Shown piece by piece: positions 7,939 to 16,268 of a stretch of 20,000 nt of DNA. A model generated the notes under the pieces. That model searched no databases and was not told where the DNA came from. It saw only the letters and a program-made list of their open reading frames with translations. The stretch covers positions 53,392-73,391 of the IMG/VR virus record IMGVR_UViG_3300030508_000022. One strand, given 5' to 3'. The stretch's first letter is position 1. The number at the start of each line of letters is the position of its first letter. The stretch is from an uncultured virus (IMG/VR IMGVR_UViG_3300030508_000022) (taxonomy: Duplodnaviria > Heunggongvirae > Uroviricota > Caudoviricetes). Made by a program: the position numbers and the translations under genes.

Positions 7939-8184
7939 ATGGCAAACGGTAACATTCGTATCACTGTCTCCTTCGGAGGCAACCAGCTCCCAATCAATGG
8001 TCTCCCTGTGGGGTCCACTCTGAGCTGCATTCGTGCCAACCGCAACGTTTCTGCAGCCCTCGGCTACAGCAACGAGAACGTGGAGTTCGTCCTCAACGGC
8101 TCCCGCGCAAGCGACAATACTGTCATCTCTGACGGCGATGTCGTTAACGTTCAGCACAAGGCACACGAGAAGGCTTCCGCCTAG
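7939..8184 (+). CDS. ubiquitin-like (beta-grasp, ThiS/MoaD/Prok-Ub-like) protein (81 aa)
   Basis: Size and strand/helix pattern (IRITVSF...GSTLSCI...VEFVLNG...DNTVISDGDVVNV) are typical of beta-grasp proteins. First gene of an E2/E1/JAB cluster. Confidence 0.85.
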   Translation: MANGNIRITVSFGGNQLPINGLPVGSTLSCIRANRNVSAALGYSNENVEFVLNGSRASDNTVISDGDVVNVQHKAHEKASA

Positions 8185-8200
8185 TCTCGTAGGCTAATTT

Positions 8201-8236
8201 TATCCCCCAATCTCGTTGCGCCGAGATTGGGGGATA
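8201..8236 (+). terminator. perfect 15-bp hairpin between the Ubl and E2 genes
   Basis: TATCCCCCAATCTCG-TTGCGC-CGAGATTGGGGGATA, with a T-rich run about 10 nt downstream. Confidence 0.65.
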
Positions 8237-8282
8237 TCTTAGACATTTATTTTTTTTATATCCCACAAGTTCTTCAAAACAC

Positions 8283-9092
8283 ATGAAACCTCTTATTATC
8301 CTTAACGAAGACGGTGTCGCATACCGTATGGAGCCATTCGCTCTACAAAATGTTAGTGAGATCATCGAACGAGTCTCAAATCAGTCGTTCTCAACCATCA
8401 AAAAGCATACGACTTTTGAGGTTGCAGAATCAGTTGGATCATCAGGCGTACAGTACAAAAGGGTGCCATTCCACCTGTCCATTACGAAGAAGAACGAAGC
8501 TGTCTACTGGGGATATATTCCTGGGATTGTCTTTGATACCTCCTTCCAGATTGTGGAACACAGTGGAACCCCTCGATTGATCGCTGATTTTACTCGCTCA
8601 GCAACTGACGCATTCCAGGATAGGATTTACTGCTCATCGGAATCTCTCAGTACTTCGGATTGCAAGGTTCGGTTCTTGGTTGCTATCTCTCTTACTCCAG
8701 GGGGGTCAGGCAATTACGAAATCAATGCATATTTCTGCTTCCAACTTTTTGATGTGAAAGCGGGGTTAATTATGGGCAACTTCTTGCCGTGTATCCCAAA
8801 CGTCTTCGCTGACGCCAGGGTTTGCATGGGTAGTGCCTTTGATAAGTACACCAATCCTGTCAAAACCTCGGATGAAGAAATCCAGCGTACCCTCAAGTCA
8901 TTCTTTGAGAGCCGCATGAATTCGGATCTGATCACTCAAGGTGCAAATCGCATCGAGTTGGCAGACCAGCTAATTGGGTGGAACAGAGAAAAGAAGCAGG
9001 TTGCTCCCATCAAGTCCGCCAAAACAATCCTCACCGTCAAAGTTGGAAACTACTATCTTGATGGCCTTCCATACGCCACAGTTGGTTGGTAA
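8283..9092 (+). CDS. prokaryotic E2-like (ubiquitin-conjugating fold) protein, similar to Prok-E2/PRTRC protein B
   Basis: Motif P-NVF-DARVCMG with putative catalytic Cys181 and downstream FFESRMNSDL. Context next to Ubl, E1 and JAB. Confidence 0.75.
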   Translation: MKPLIILNEDGVAYRMEPFALQNVSEIIERVSNQSFSTIKKHTTFEVAESVGSSGVQYKRVPFHLSITKKNEAVYWGYIPGIVFDTSFQIVEHSGTPRLIADFTRSATDAFQDRIYCSSESLSTSDCKVRFLVAISLTPGGSGNYEINAYFCFQLFDVKAGLIMGNFLPCIPNVFADARVCMGSAFDKYTNPVKTSDEEIQRTLKSFFESRMNSDLITQGANRIELADQLIGWNREKKQVAPIKSAKTILTVKVGNYYLDGLPYATVGW

Positions 9093-9101
9093 TACACATA
9101 C

Positions 9102-10208
9102 ATGAAATCCTTATTCCAAGAAATGTTGGAGTTGCCTGGATTGCCTGTCAGTTCCGAAACTATTTTCGGAGCTACTCGTCGGTCCAGGATGTTGTCTCTT
9201 CTTGACGACTTTAGTTATCTCAAAAAAAATGGAGGGGAGCTGAAAATATTCCCACTTACTGCAGAACAAAAAGCGGATAGGCGGGACCGAAGTTTTATAT
9301 CTAAGGAGCTATCCGAGTCCTTTGAGATTGGTCAATTCCAGTGCCAAATATTCGATGCAGTTGTTAAAAAGCTGGAAGCAGAGGTTTCCAGAGGAGAAGA
9401 TTCTCCTTGGGCTTTGCGATTCATTGCAGAGATGCCTCGACAGCAGGAGCCACAACAGGCTCCTGTACCACAAGCCCTACCAGAGGTTCGAGTGGAGGAA
9501 CAACCCCTTACGGGAGTTTTCCCAGCTGATGCATTCAATACTCCAGTGGCGCAGCAGGCTACTCCAGCAGTTGTTCCAGTTGTTGCCCCAGCTGCCTATC
9601 AGCCTACAACTCCACGTCAACAAGTTCCCATTGCACCAATTATTGGTGGAATTGGGGCTGAAGTAAATTGGGCGGATATAGCTGAGCCAACACCTGCACC
9701 TAATCGTGGTGCTCCTCAGGTTACAGATGGATTCGTCGATATGGATCCAGCTGACTTTGAGAATCTTCCTACGGCAGCTCCTACTACCCCTCCTCCCGCT
9801 CCCACGGCAGCAGAGGCAGCAGAGGCGGGAGAAGTTCCTCGCGCTACCATGGCCAATGAAACTCCAGCTGTTGGCGAAGGTGCGATTACAGGATTTGGTG
9901 AAATTCGTACACCTGAGGCTGTGGATCAGATTGTTACACCACCAGCTGTTGGTACTACGGTGGTTCAGGTTACTGATGGTGCAGGTGCCGCTGGATTGTG
10001 GCATACACCAGCTGTTGGTAATCAATTCTTTGGAGTTAATCAGGGAGATGACCACATAGTGTTTACCCCTACTGATCACAACCTGTTCATTACTGCTGAT
10101 AACAATCTGGCAGTGGGTGATACTCCAGCTCCAGTAGCTGATGTTCCAGATGTGCAGCAGGCAGTTCGGAATACAGTTCGTAGGCGCGTACGCGCAATAA
10201 ACGAATAG
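9102..10208 (+). CDS. protein with a small N-terminal domain and a long Pro/Ala/Thr/Val-rich lysine-free region (368 aa)
   Basis: ORF starts 9 nt after the E2 stop. Repeated TPAV/PAVG motifs. Last Lys at residue 90. Confidence 0.8.
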   Translation: MKSLFQEMLELPGLPVSSETIFGATRRSRMLSLLDDFSYLKKNGGELKIFPLTAEQKADRRDRSFISKELSESFEIGQFQCQIFDAVVKKLEAEVSRGEDSPWALRFIAEMPRQQEPQQAPVPQALPEVRVEEQPLTGVFPADAFNTPVAQQATPAVVPVVAPAAYQPTTPRQQVPIAPIIGGIGAEVNWADIAEPTPAPNRGAPQVTDGFVDMDPADFENLPTAAPTTPPPAPTAAEAAEAGEVPRATMANETPAVGEGAITGFGEIRTPEAVDQIVTPPAVGTTVVQVTDGAGAAGLWHTPAVGNQFFGVNQGDDHIVFTPTDHNLFITADNNLAVGDTPAPVADVPDVQQAVRNTVRRRVRAINE

Positions 10209-10234
10209 TATACGCACTAACTGAAAGTTAAATG

Positions 10235-10266
10235 GGTCAGTGCCGAAAAGTCGGCACTGACCATTT
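10235..10266 (+). terminator. hairpin, probable terminator or processing site
   Basis: 12-bp stem GGTCAGTGCCGA-AAAG-TCGGCACTGACC followed by ATTTCTT. Confidence 0.6.
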
Positions 10267-10308
10267 CTTAGATAAACAAAAATCAACCAAAAAACAATTA
10301 ATCAAAAT

Positions 10309-11022
10309 ATGAAACAGAACTACTACGTCATCGGATGTGGAGGGGTATGCAGCTATTTCTTGCCAGCATTCCTCAAGACCCTCAATTACTCCAAGGAGTT
10401 TAAGGGGTCAACAGTAACCCTAGTTGATGGCGATACAATCGAGGACAGGAATTATGAGCGTCAGCTCTTCGCCAGCGGATTGACGGGAATGAACAAGGCA
10501 GAGGCCTTGATGTCGGTTCTTGGTGAAAGTCACCCCAACATCAATCTCAAGACACATTCCGAATATGTGACTGGATCATTCCCCATTAAGGATGGTTCTG
10601 TTGTCATTGCGTTTGTCGACAATCATCCGGCTCGAAAAGACATCCTATCAATTGTTGATCGTCATGAGGCAAAGTGCTTCATTGGAGCCAATGGTCGGAT
10701 ATCTGCCAGCTCGTATTATTACGACCACAAGTGGGAGGGGACTACTCTGGATCCGCGAGTGCGATATCCTGAGATACTTACTACTGAGCGCGGTTCACCT
10801 GTCCATGCGGCTGGGTGCAATACCGAAGAGCACCTGGAAGAGATTCCACAAACATCACTGGCAAATTACTTTGCCGGAGCACACACACTACTCTTGTGGA
10901 ACTTCTGGACCACTGAGTACAAAGAACTTGACCCCGAGCAGTCATACGACTTCTGGCCGGTTGAGATAAGCAACACCGACATGCGCTATGCGACAAAGAT
11001 GGTTGGAGACCTAAAGGAATAA
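10309..11022 (+). CDS. ThiF/MoeB/E1-family adenylyltransferase (Ubl-activating enzyme)
   Basis: VIGCGGVC nucleotide loop, VDGDTIEDRNYERQ, NKAEAL and VDNHPAR motifs. Candidate thioester Cys170 (AAGC) followed by Q---AN. No CxxC zinc pairs. Confidence 0.93.
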   Translation: MKQNYYVIGCGGVCSYFLPAFLKTLNYSKEFKGSTVTLVDGDTIEDRNYERQLFASGLTGMNKAEALMSVLGESHPNINLKTHSEYVTGSFPIKDGSVVIAFVDNHPARKDILSIVDRHEAKCFIGANGRISASSYYYDHKWEGTTLDPRVRYPEILTTERGSPVHAAGCNTEEHLEEIPQTSLANYFAGAHTLLLWNFWTTEYKELDPEQSYDFWPVEISNTDMRYATKMVGDLKE

Positions 11023-12636
11023 ATGGAACAAACACCAGAACAATCAATACCAGCATCGGAAGAGCAAGTGGATAAGCCGTTCTTCCCAATAGCTCCATAT
11101 CACTACTTCAAAAATACATCGTATCGGTCTTCGATGTTGTCTGATCGTAGGGCCCAGTTGGTTAGATGGGGTCTCAATCCACAGAGAAATATATTTGTGG
11201 GTAATTTTGCGGGGGCGCTCTTACTAGAAGGACACCCTGGTGCAGATTGCGTCCCATTTGACATGACGGCATGTGGATATCCTATCGTACCTGAAGCGTA
11301 CGAAAAGATATTCAGTCACATGACCCCTATGGGGTACTTCAATCCAGTAATTGATGGAAAGATTCTGTCATACATGGCGGATATTCCATTCATTCCATTT
11401 GAGGTAACAAAGGCATGCAAGACGGTTTGCGGGTCTAACTACAGCCTTCCCAAGGGCAAGTTCTTGAGCGTTGGTCGTCGTACCAGGAGCTCTCGTGGTG
11501 GTGGACGGTCTTCACTGTTTGACCCGACCAATAACAATATTCAGGTTGAGTTTATTCGTCTTGCTGACGGAGATACCTCAACTCCTACTGTTATGACAAT
11601 TGAGGACAACGTGAACATGGCCAATTTCGATATAAGTAATATCTTTATCGACTCAAAACATACGGTTAATAAAAGTCTCTTGGGATTATTTATTCTACCT
11701 ATTGGTTCAGTGGTGTGGTTTTGGAACAATCAAAAATGGACTACCTGCAGCGTTAAGACATCTAAGACCAAAGATGGTGTTATGGACTTCAGTCTTGTTG
11801 AGGTTGCAGCAACAAAAAGTGGTGGATCCAACGAGAGGGCAGTTGTGTTTCAAACATCGGGTGAGGAGATCGAGGTACATAAAACAGTATCCAAAATGAT
11901 GGAGAGTGACACTATTCGAGTTGCTCAAAAGAGCATCAAGTCGGTTGGTGTCAAGGATTCAACCTACGGAACTGTACGAGGACAGATCATGAAAATGCTC
12001 TGTAACGAGTTCGGCTCTGAGATCCTGGGTCCCGTAAAGACCAACCTATTGCAGTCAAGTGAACACAAGACGATGAAAAACGTCATTGAGTTTGCCGACA
12101 GGCTGGTGTCCAAAACCCCATCAATTAGTGTATCACTGCACAGTGGTTCAACAATGATGTCTATATGGCAAGCAGCTATTCGTGCTGCTGAGGATCAGGT
12201 TCCACTTTACTGGGATAACCAGTTTGTCGAACTTGGTTCAGGTAACATATCAAGTATACTAGGGGGGTTTGGACTTCATTGCTACCGTCCAAGTAGTGAC
12301 AACTACGATAGAACATTGTCTCATCTTCAGATGGACCCCAAAACAGCAAAGGGTCTATTTAAGAAAGTCAAAGTTGAGTGCTCTGGGACTTTTGTGTCCA
12401 CAATCAAGAGGACATCAAAAGCCAAGATCAAAACCGCCATAATGGTGGAAGTTCCTTCGGCTATCGCCAATCAACCCTCAAACATATCCAAGGGATTGAT
12501 TGAGGCATTTATACAAAGAAAGGAAATATTTTCTCGAAGCATGTTTGAGGAAGAAGATCCATCGTCGCCCCAAGAAGAGTCTATTCAGAGAGTAGATTTT
12601 GTCTTGGATAAAAAGTCACTCATAATCAAAAGATAA
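11023..12636 (+). CDS. hypothetical protein (537 aa) within the Ubl cassette
   Basis: Starts immediately after the E1 stop (TAA-ATG) and ends 7 nt before JAB. No family recognised. Confidence 0.85.
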   Translation: MEQTPEQSIPASEEQVDKPFFPIAPYHYFKNTSYRSSMLSDRRAQLVRWGLNPQRNIFVGNFAGALLLEGHPGADCVPFDMTACGYPIVPEAYEKIFSHMTPMGYFNPVIDGKILSYMADIPFIPFEVTKACKTVCGSNYSLPKGKFLSVGRRTRSSRGGGRSSLFDPTNNNIQVEFIRLADGDTSTPTVMTIEDNVNMANFDISNIFIDSKHTVNKSLLGLFILPIGSVVWFWNNQKWTTCSVKTSKTKDGVMDFSLVEVAATKSGGSNERAVVFQTSGEEIEVHKTVSKMMESDTIRVAQKSIKSVGVKDSTYGTVRGQIMKMLCNEFGSEILGPVKTNLLQSSEHKTMKNVIEFADRLVSKTPSISVSLHSGSTMMSIWQAAIRAAEDQVPLYWDNQFVELGSGNISSILGGFGLHCYRPSSDNYDRTLSHLQMDPKTAKGLFKKVKVECSGTFVSTIKRTSKAKIKTAIMVEVPSAIANQPSNISKGLIEAFIQRKEIFSRSMFEEEDPSSPQEESIQRVDFVLDKKSLIIKR

Positions 12637-12643
12637 CAATACT

Positions 12644-13855
12644 ATGTCCGAAAGACTGTATATCCACAACAATAAGCCTCTTTACTTGAGGAGCCTGACG
12701 GAAGAAATATCTGTGTATACTCCTGTTGAGTTTACCGAGCTGAAGAGCGAGCCATTGCTACGACTCAAGACTGGGAAGATGTCCCTGTCTCTGTGGCGCA
12801 CCATTGCGTTCTTCTTCAAGAAGATAAATGATACTGAAAAATCCGAAGCTCAGGTTCGTTTGTTTTACAACAAAACAACTCGGATGTGGAAGGCTCACGC
12901 CTTCCCTCAGGAGATGAACACTGGGATGACGACCAAGGAGTTGCCAGACCATGAGAGGTTCCAGACTGACATGAACGAGATGCTGGCCGGTGGTTTCCAT
13001 CAGTGGGGAACTGCCCATAGTCATTGCAACGCTACAGCGTTTCAGAGCGGGACGGACAAGACCGACGAAGATAACTCAGCTGGTATCCATATCACCATGG
13101 GAACGGTGTCTGGGCCGAAGATTGATCTTCATGCTCGGTTTACTGTCATTCTGCCTGGATCTCTTGAGTTTGATGGTGAAGGCAAGGAGACGGCTGTGAA
13201 GGCAAGGGTGTATCAATCCAAGCCGGATCTTCGCGACTTCGTTGAGGTTCCTAACTGTTTCGTATCAGAAAATGCTCCACCAGAGATCAGGACCTTTGCC
13301 TTTGATTTCTTGATCAATACTCCCAGTGAGGAGTTGGTTGATCAAGAGCTGGTAAAGCGCTGGGTTGAGAACCGCATCCCCAAGGCCCTCACGCCTAGGG
13401 TGATTGTGCCATATGCTCAACGTCATCCGTACATGGGGTTGCCCCATCACGGTACCGGGGCTCACCATCAAGGATCCGACTATTGGAACCGTGGGGGTAA
13501 GTCAAACAGTTCAAAAAAAAAGCGAGAAAGGGCGGGGCGTTCGACAGCTGCTTCGTCGGCGCTGATGCCGGTTAATCAGTCTCTGATAGAACCACAGGTA
13601 AACAAGGTCGCGGCAAGGCACAAGATAACTCAACTCAATCTCAAGAACATTCTATCTAAAGCAGATGGGAATCTTACTAGCTCTGAGCTGAATGTCATCA
13701 TTGATATGCAGACCAATATCTTCTCGGTATACAATATATCCGAGGCATGCATGATCTTGAATCTTGAGGAATGGATTAAGGGCCGGAGGATTGCTAGTGG
13801 GATAGAAAATGGAGCCTCCATGGAAGATATCATGATGGGGTATGCCGGAGAATAA
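12644..13855 (+). CDS. JAB/JAMM (MPN+) metallopeptidase with a C-terminal extension
   Basis: Upstream Glu (KSEAQV) plus an exact H-x-H-x7-S-x2-D motif: HSHCNATAFQSGTD. GIHITMG strand follows. Confidence 0.92.
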   Translation: MSERLYIHNNKPLYLRSLTEEISVYTPVEFTELKSEPLLRLKTGKMSLSLWRTIAFFFKKINDTEKSEAQVRLFYNKTTRMWKAHAFPQEMNTGMTTKELPDHERFQTDMNEMLAGGFHQWGTAHSHCNATAFQSGTDKTDEDNSAGIHITMGTVSGPKIDLHARFTVILPGSLEFDGEGKETAVKARVYQSKPDLRDFVEVPNCFVSENAPPEIRTFAFDFLINTPSEELVDQELVKRWVENRIPKALTPRVIVPYAQRHPYMGLPHHGTGAHHQGSDYWNRGGKSNSSKKKRERAGRSTAASSALMPVNQSLIEPQVNKVAARHKITQLNLKNILSKADGNLTSSELNVIIDMQTNIFSVYNISEACMILNLEEWIKGRRIASGIENGASMEDIMMGYAGE

Positions 13856-13905
13856 TATAGTTTAGAAATCTTGATATAACATATATCAGGGCGGTCTTGT
13901 TGTAT

Positions 13906-13931
13906 GGACCTACCAGAGATGGTAGGTCCTT
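13906..13931 (+). terminator. hairpin closing the Ubl cassette
   Basis: 10-bp stem GGACCTACCA-GAGA-TGGTAGGTCC with a GNRA loop and a weak U-tract. Confidence 0.55.
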
Positions 13932-13969
13932 ACTTCGATTTTTAAAAACTAAACAAAAACAAAAAACAA

Positions 13970-15328
13970 ATGTTAAAATCTATACAAATTTTTATCATCG
14001 ATAAGCTTGTTAGAGAGGCAAGGTCTGCATATATCTCGCTTGGTCGAGAGTTCCCTGCGATCCAGACTCCACTCGAAATCGAAGATGTAAAAACAAAAAC
14101 GTTCCTTGCTGCATTTCCTGGTATTGATGCAGTTGCACTCGCTTCTATTGAGAGTGGGCTATTGGCACAGCACATCAATGTGACTGAGTCGATCTTGCGG
14201 AACAACAACCTGTACGCAGTGATTGGGTCTATTGTTGCGAGTAGTTCGTACGACTTCTCTACTGTTGCACCTGACTTCGTTTCACCATATGTTGATTCAG
14301 AGGAAATTGAGTCGGTTGTTAGTGGTCTCGTTGGTGCAGTCCAGCCAGTCGAGTTTGATTGGGCCGCAAAGAAGGTGGTCCCCAAAGCCACTACTATCCT
14401 CCAGGAAGTAAACATCAACGGGCCTATTGTCCCCGCAAGGTCATTGGACTGGCAGGAAAACAGGGTGGTAACCCAAGCACCAACCCCAACACCAACTCCA
14501 ACACCAACTCCAACACCAACACCAGTGAATCCAAATCCGCTAGCAGCACAAGTTATTCCGGCAAATCCACTTGCCGCACAAGTTGTTCCAGCCACAGAGC
14601 TGAATCCACTCGTTGGGGCAGTTGTCCCAGCCCAGGATGTAGTTGATGTCAATGAAGATGACTTCTTTGTCGAAGTTGACTCTTTGCAAGCCAAGTATCC
14701 AGGGTGTCTAGTTGTCGGGTTGTTCCGACCATACAAGACCGAAAAGAAAGATATGGGAAACTACAGCTATCACCTTGAAGAGACATCATCCGTCAAAGAT
14801 GCTGCTTTCTTCAAGGCCATTAAAGAGCACAATCTCGAACTAGATGTCAAAGACTTCCTTGTTCGAGATTCTGAAACATTTGAGGAAGTGCTCGAATCAA
14901 TGAGAAAAGCTATTATTGAAGATAAGACTGTCACAATCTCCACAGGCACCACCAGTGACATGACGACTCCTGGATTCAAGACAGGGATCACCATCAGTAT
15001 TGGTAAGAAACCAAGATCTGATAGGTACCCTGACGGACAATATAACGATCAGGATGAGTGGGTCGATGATGAGGAGAAAAATATCGCAGACATAGTTAAT
15101 AGTGAGGATGATGTAATTCCGGTTACTGCTTACTTCCAGGAAAATACCTGGGGAATTAGGGCGACTGGGGATTACTTTGTATTCCCCAACAATCAGTCGA
15201 ACCCTTCGGTTCTTGATTTGACGAAGAAATTCTTCGTTATCCCAACCAGCATCATCTCGGATGAATTCCGTGAGGCGTTGATTGAGGCATTTAATGACTT
15301 CACTTTTGACGAAGACTTCAGTCTGTAA
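13970..15328 (+). CDS. acidic hypothetical protein with a (PT)n linker (452 aa)
   Basis: Long ORF after an A-rich leader. Two domains separated by PT repeats and NPLAAQV repeats. Confidence 0.85.
   Translation: MLKSIQIFIIDKLVREARSAYISLGREFPAIQTPLEIEDVKTKTFLAAFPGIDAVALASIESGLLAQHINVTESILRNNNLYAVIGSIVASSSYDFSTVAPDFVSPYVDSEEIESVVSGLVGAVQPVEFDWAAKKVVPKATTILQEVNINGPIVPARSLDWQENRVVTQAPTPTPTPTPTPTPTPVNPNPLAAQVIPANPLAAQVVPATELNPLVGAVVPAQDVVDVNEDDFFVEVDSLQAKYPGCLVVGLFRPYKTEKKDMGNYSYHLEETSSVKDAAFFKAIKEHNLELDVKDFLVRDSETFEEVLESMRKAIIEDKTVTISTGTTSDMTTPGFKTGITISIGKKPRSDRYPDGQYNDQDEWVDDEEKNIADIVNSEDDVIPVTAYFQENTWGIRATGDYFVFPNNQSNPSVLDLTKKFFVIPTSIISDEFREALIEAFNDFTFDEDFSL
14480..14632 (+). repeat. intragenic CCAACN hexamer repeat (PT)n followed by three ~30-nt NPLxxxVxPA repeats
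   Basis: Directly visible in the DNA and in the translation. Confidence 0.8.
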
Positions 15329-15336
15329 TCACAAAG

Positions 15337-15798
15337 ATGCAAACAGTCCGAGCATCCTGCTACATGGGACTCAATGCAGTCCTTCGGGACGCCGCTGCTG
15401 CCCAGGGGAGAACCCCCTGGGTAGTATTGGTGTCTTCAAATGAGATGAGCGCTAGGTCGGCAATGATTGACGAGCGTGTCCTTACAAAGTCATATAAGAT
15501 TCCTCTACAGGACATTCTGCGCATAGAGTGTTTTGATGGAGACCCTTTTGATTATCCTGGTGCTACTCTATTCTCTGATAGTACTGCACAGCAGATTGCA
15601 AATTTCTTAAACCGTGGTTTTTGGAATTCTGAAGCAGATTTGGTTGTATCCTGCCCCACTGGCATTTCCATAAGTCCAAGTATTGCAAAGGGATTGTACG
15701 AAAAGACCCCTCACCGCCTGGGATTGGCGTTACATCCCACTAAGCCGCCTAAGTTTTCTAGTAGAATCTTAAAAAGCGTGGCTCAGTACGTTTCTTAA
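15337..15798 (+). CDS. protein-tyrosine/dual-specificity phosphatase-like protein, probably inactive
   Basis: ILRIECFD...LFS...AQQIANFL...LVVSCPTGISISPSIA resembles HCxAGxSRS but lacks the His and the CX5R Arg. Confidence 0.6.
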   Translation: MQTVRASCYMGLNAVLRDAAAAQGRTPWVVLVSSNEMSARSAMIDERVLTKSYKIPLQDILRIECFDGDPFDYPGATLFSDSTAQQIANFLNRGFWNSEADLVVSCPTGISISPSIAKGLYEKTPHRLGLALHPTKPPKFSSRILKSVAQYVS

Positions 15799-15858
15799 CT
15801 TGTTGCGGCGCAACGCTAAGTTAATACATTTTTTAGTAAACCCCAAAGTATTCATAAA

Positions 15859-16239
15859 ATGAAGAATAATAAAAATCAGTTAGTATTTAATTTTACAGAA
15901 GCTGTGGTGCAGTTCAGAACTGCATCAAAGAACATGGTAAGTGCGTTCGAGGAATTGAACGCATCTTCAGCCCCATTTCCAGTAAAAAGGGCTTCATCAA
16001 AGGTCTTGAATGATGAAGTTGAAATTGTCCGCGCAAGGATCAATAAAGTTGTTAGATCGAAAGCTAGAACCTTGAACCTGCGCTGGAATGAAGTCTATCG
16101 TATTATATACGAACGACTTCGCAAAAAGACGAACTTCGATGCAATCGCCAAAGGGCTATCCAAAGGGATTAGACCAATTGATGCGGTATGTCAGTCGGGG
16201 TACGGACAGGAACTCTTGGAACTCGCTACAGATATTTAG
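15859..16239 (+). CDS. small helical protein, possibly related to phage antirepressor C-terminal domains
   Basis: Pattern R..IN.VVR......WNEVY..IY..L......D.....PIDAV...G....L is reminiscent of such domains. The function call is weak. Confidence 0.55.
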   Translation: MKNNKNQLVFNFTEAVVQFRTASKNMVSAFEELNASSAPFPVKRASSKVLNDEVEIVRARINKVVRSKARTLNLRWNEVYRIIYERLRKKTNFDAIAKGLSKGIRPIDAVCQSGYGQELLELATDI

Positions 16240-16268
16240 CACCAAGAGTCCTCCCCGTACCATCGCAA

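Noticed and set aside
9477..10286. 269-aa minus-strand ORF
   Set aside because: Antisense shadow of a low-complexity + strand gene, with implausible Cys/Trp/Ser-rich composition.
10309..11022. thiF/moeB for thiamine or molybdopterin synthesis
   Set aside because: No biosynthetic partners nearby, no zinc CxxC motifs, the Ubl lacks GG, and an E2 and a JAB are present.
13942..14736. 264-aa minus-strand ORF with GV repeats
   Set aside because: Antisense mirror of the PT-repeat gene.
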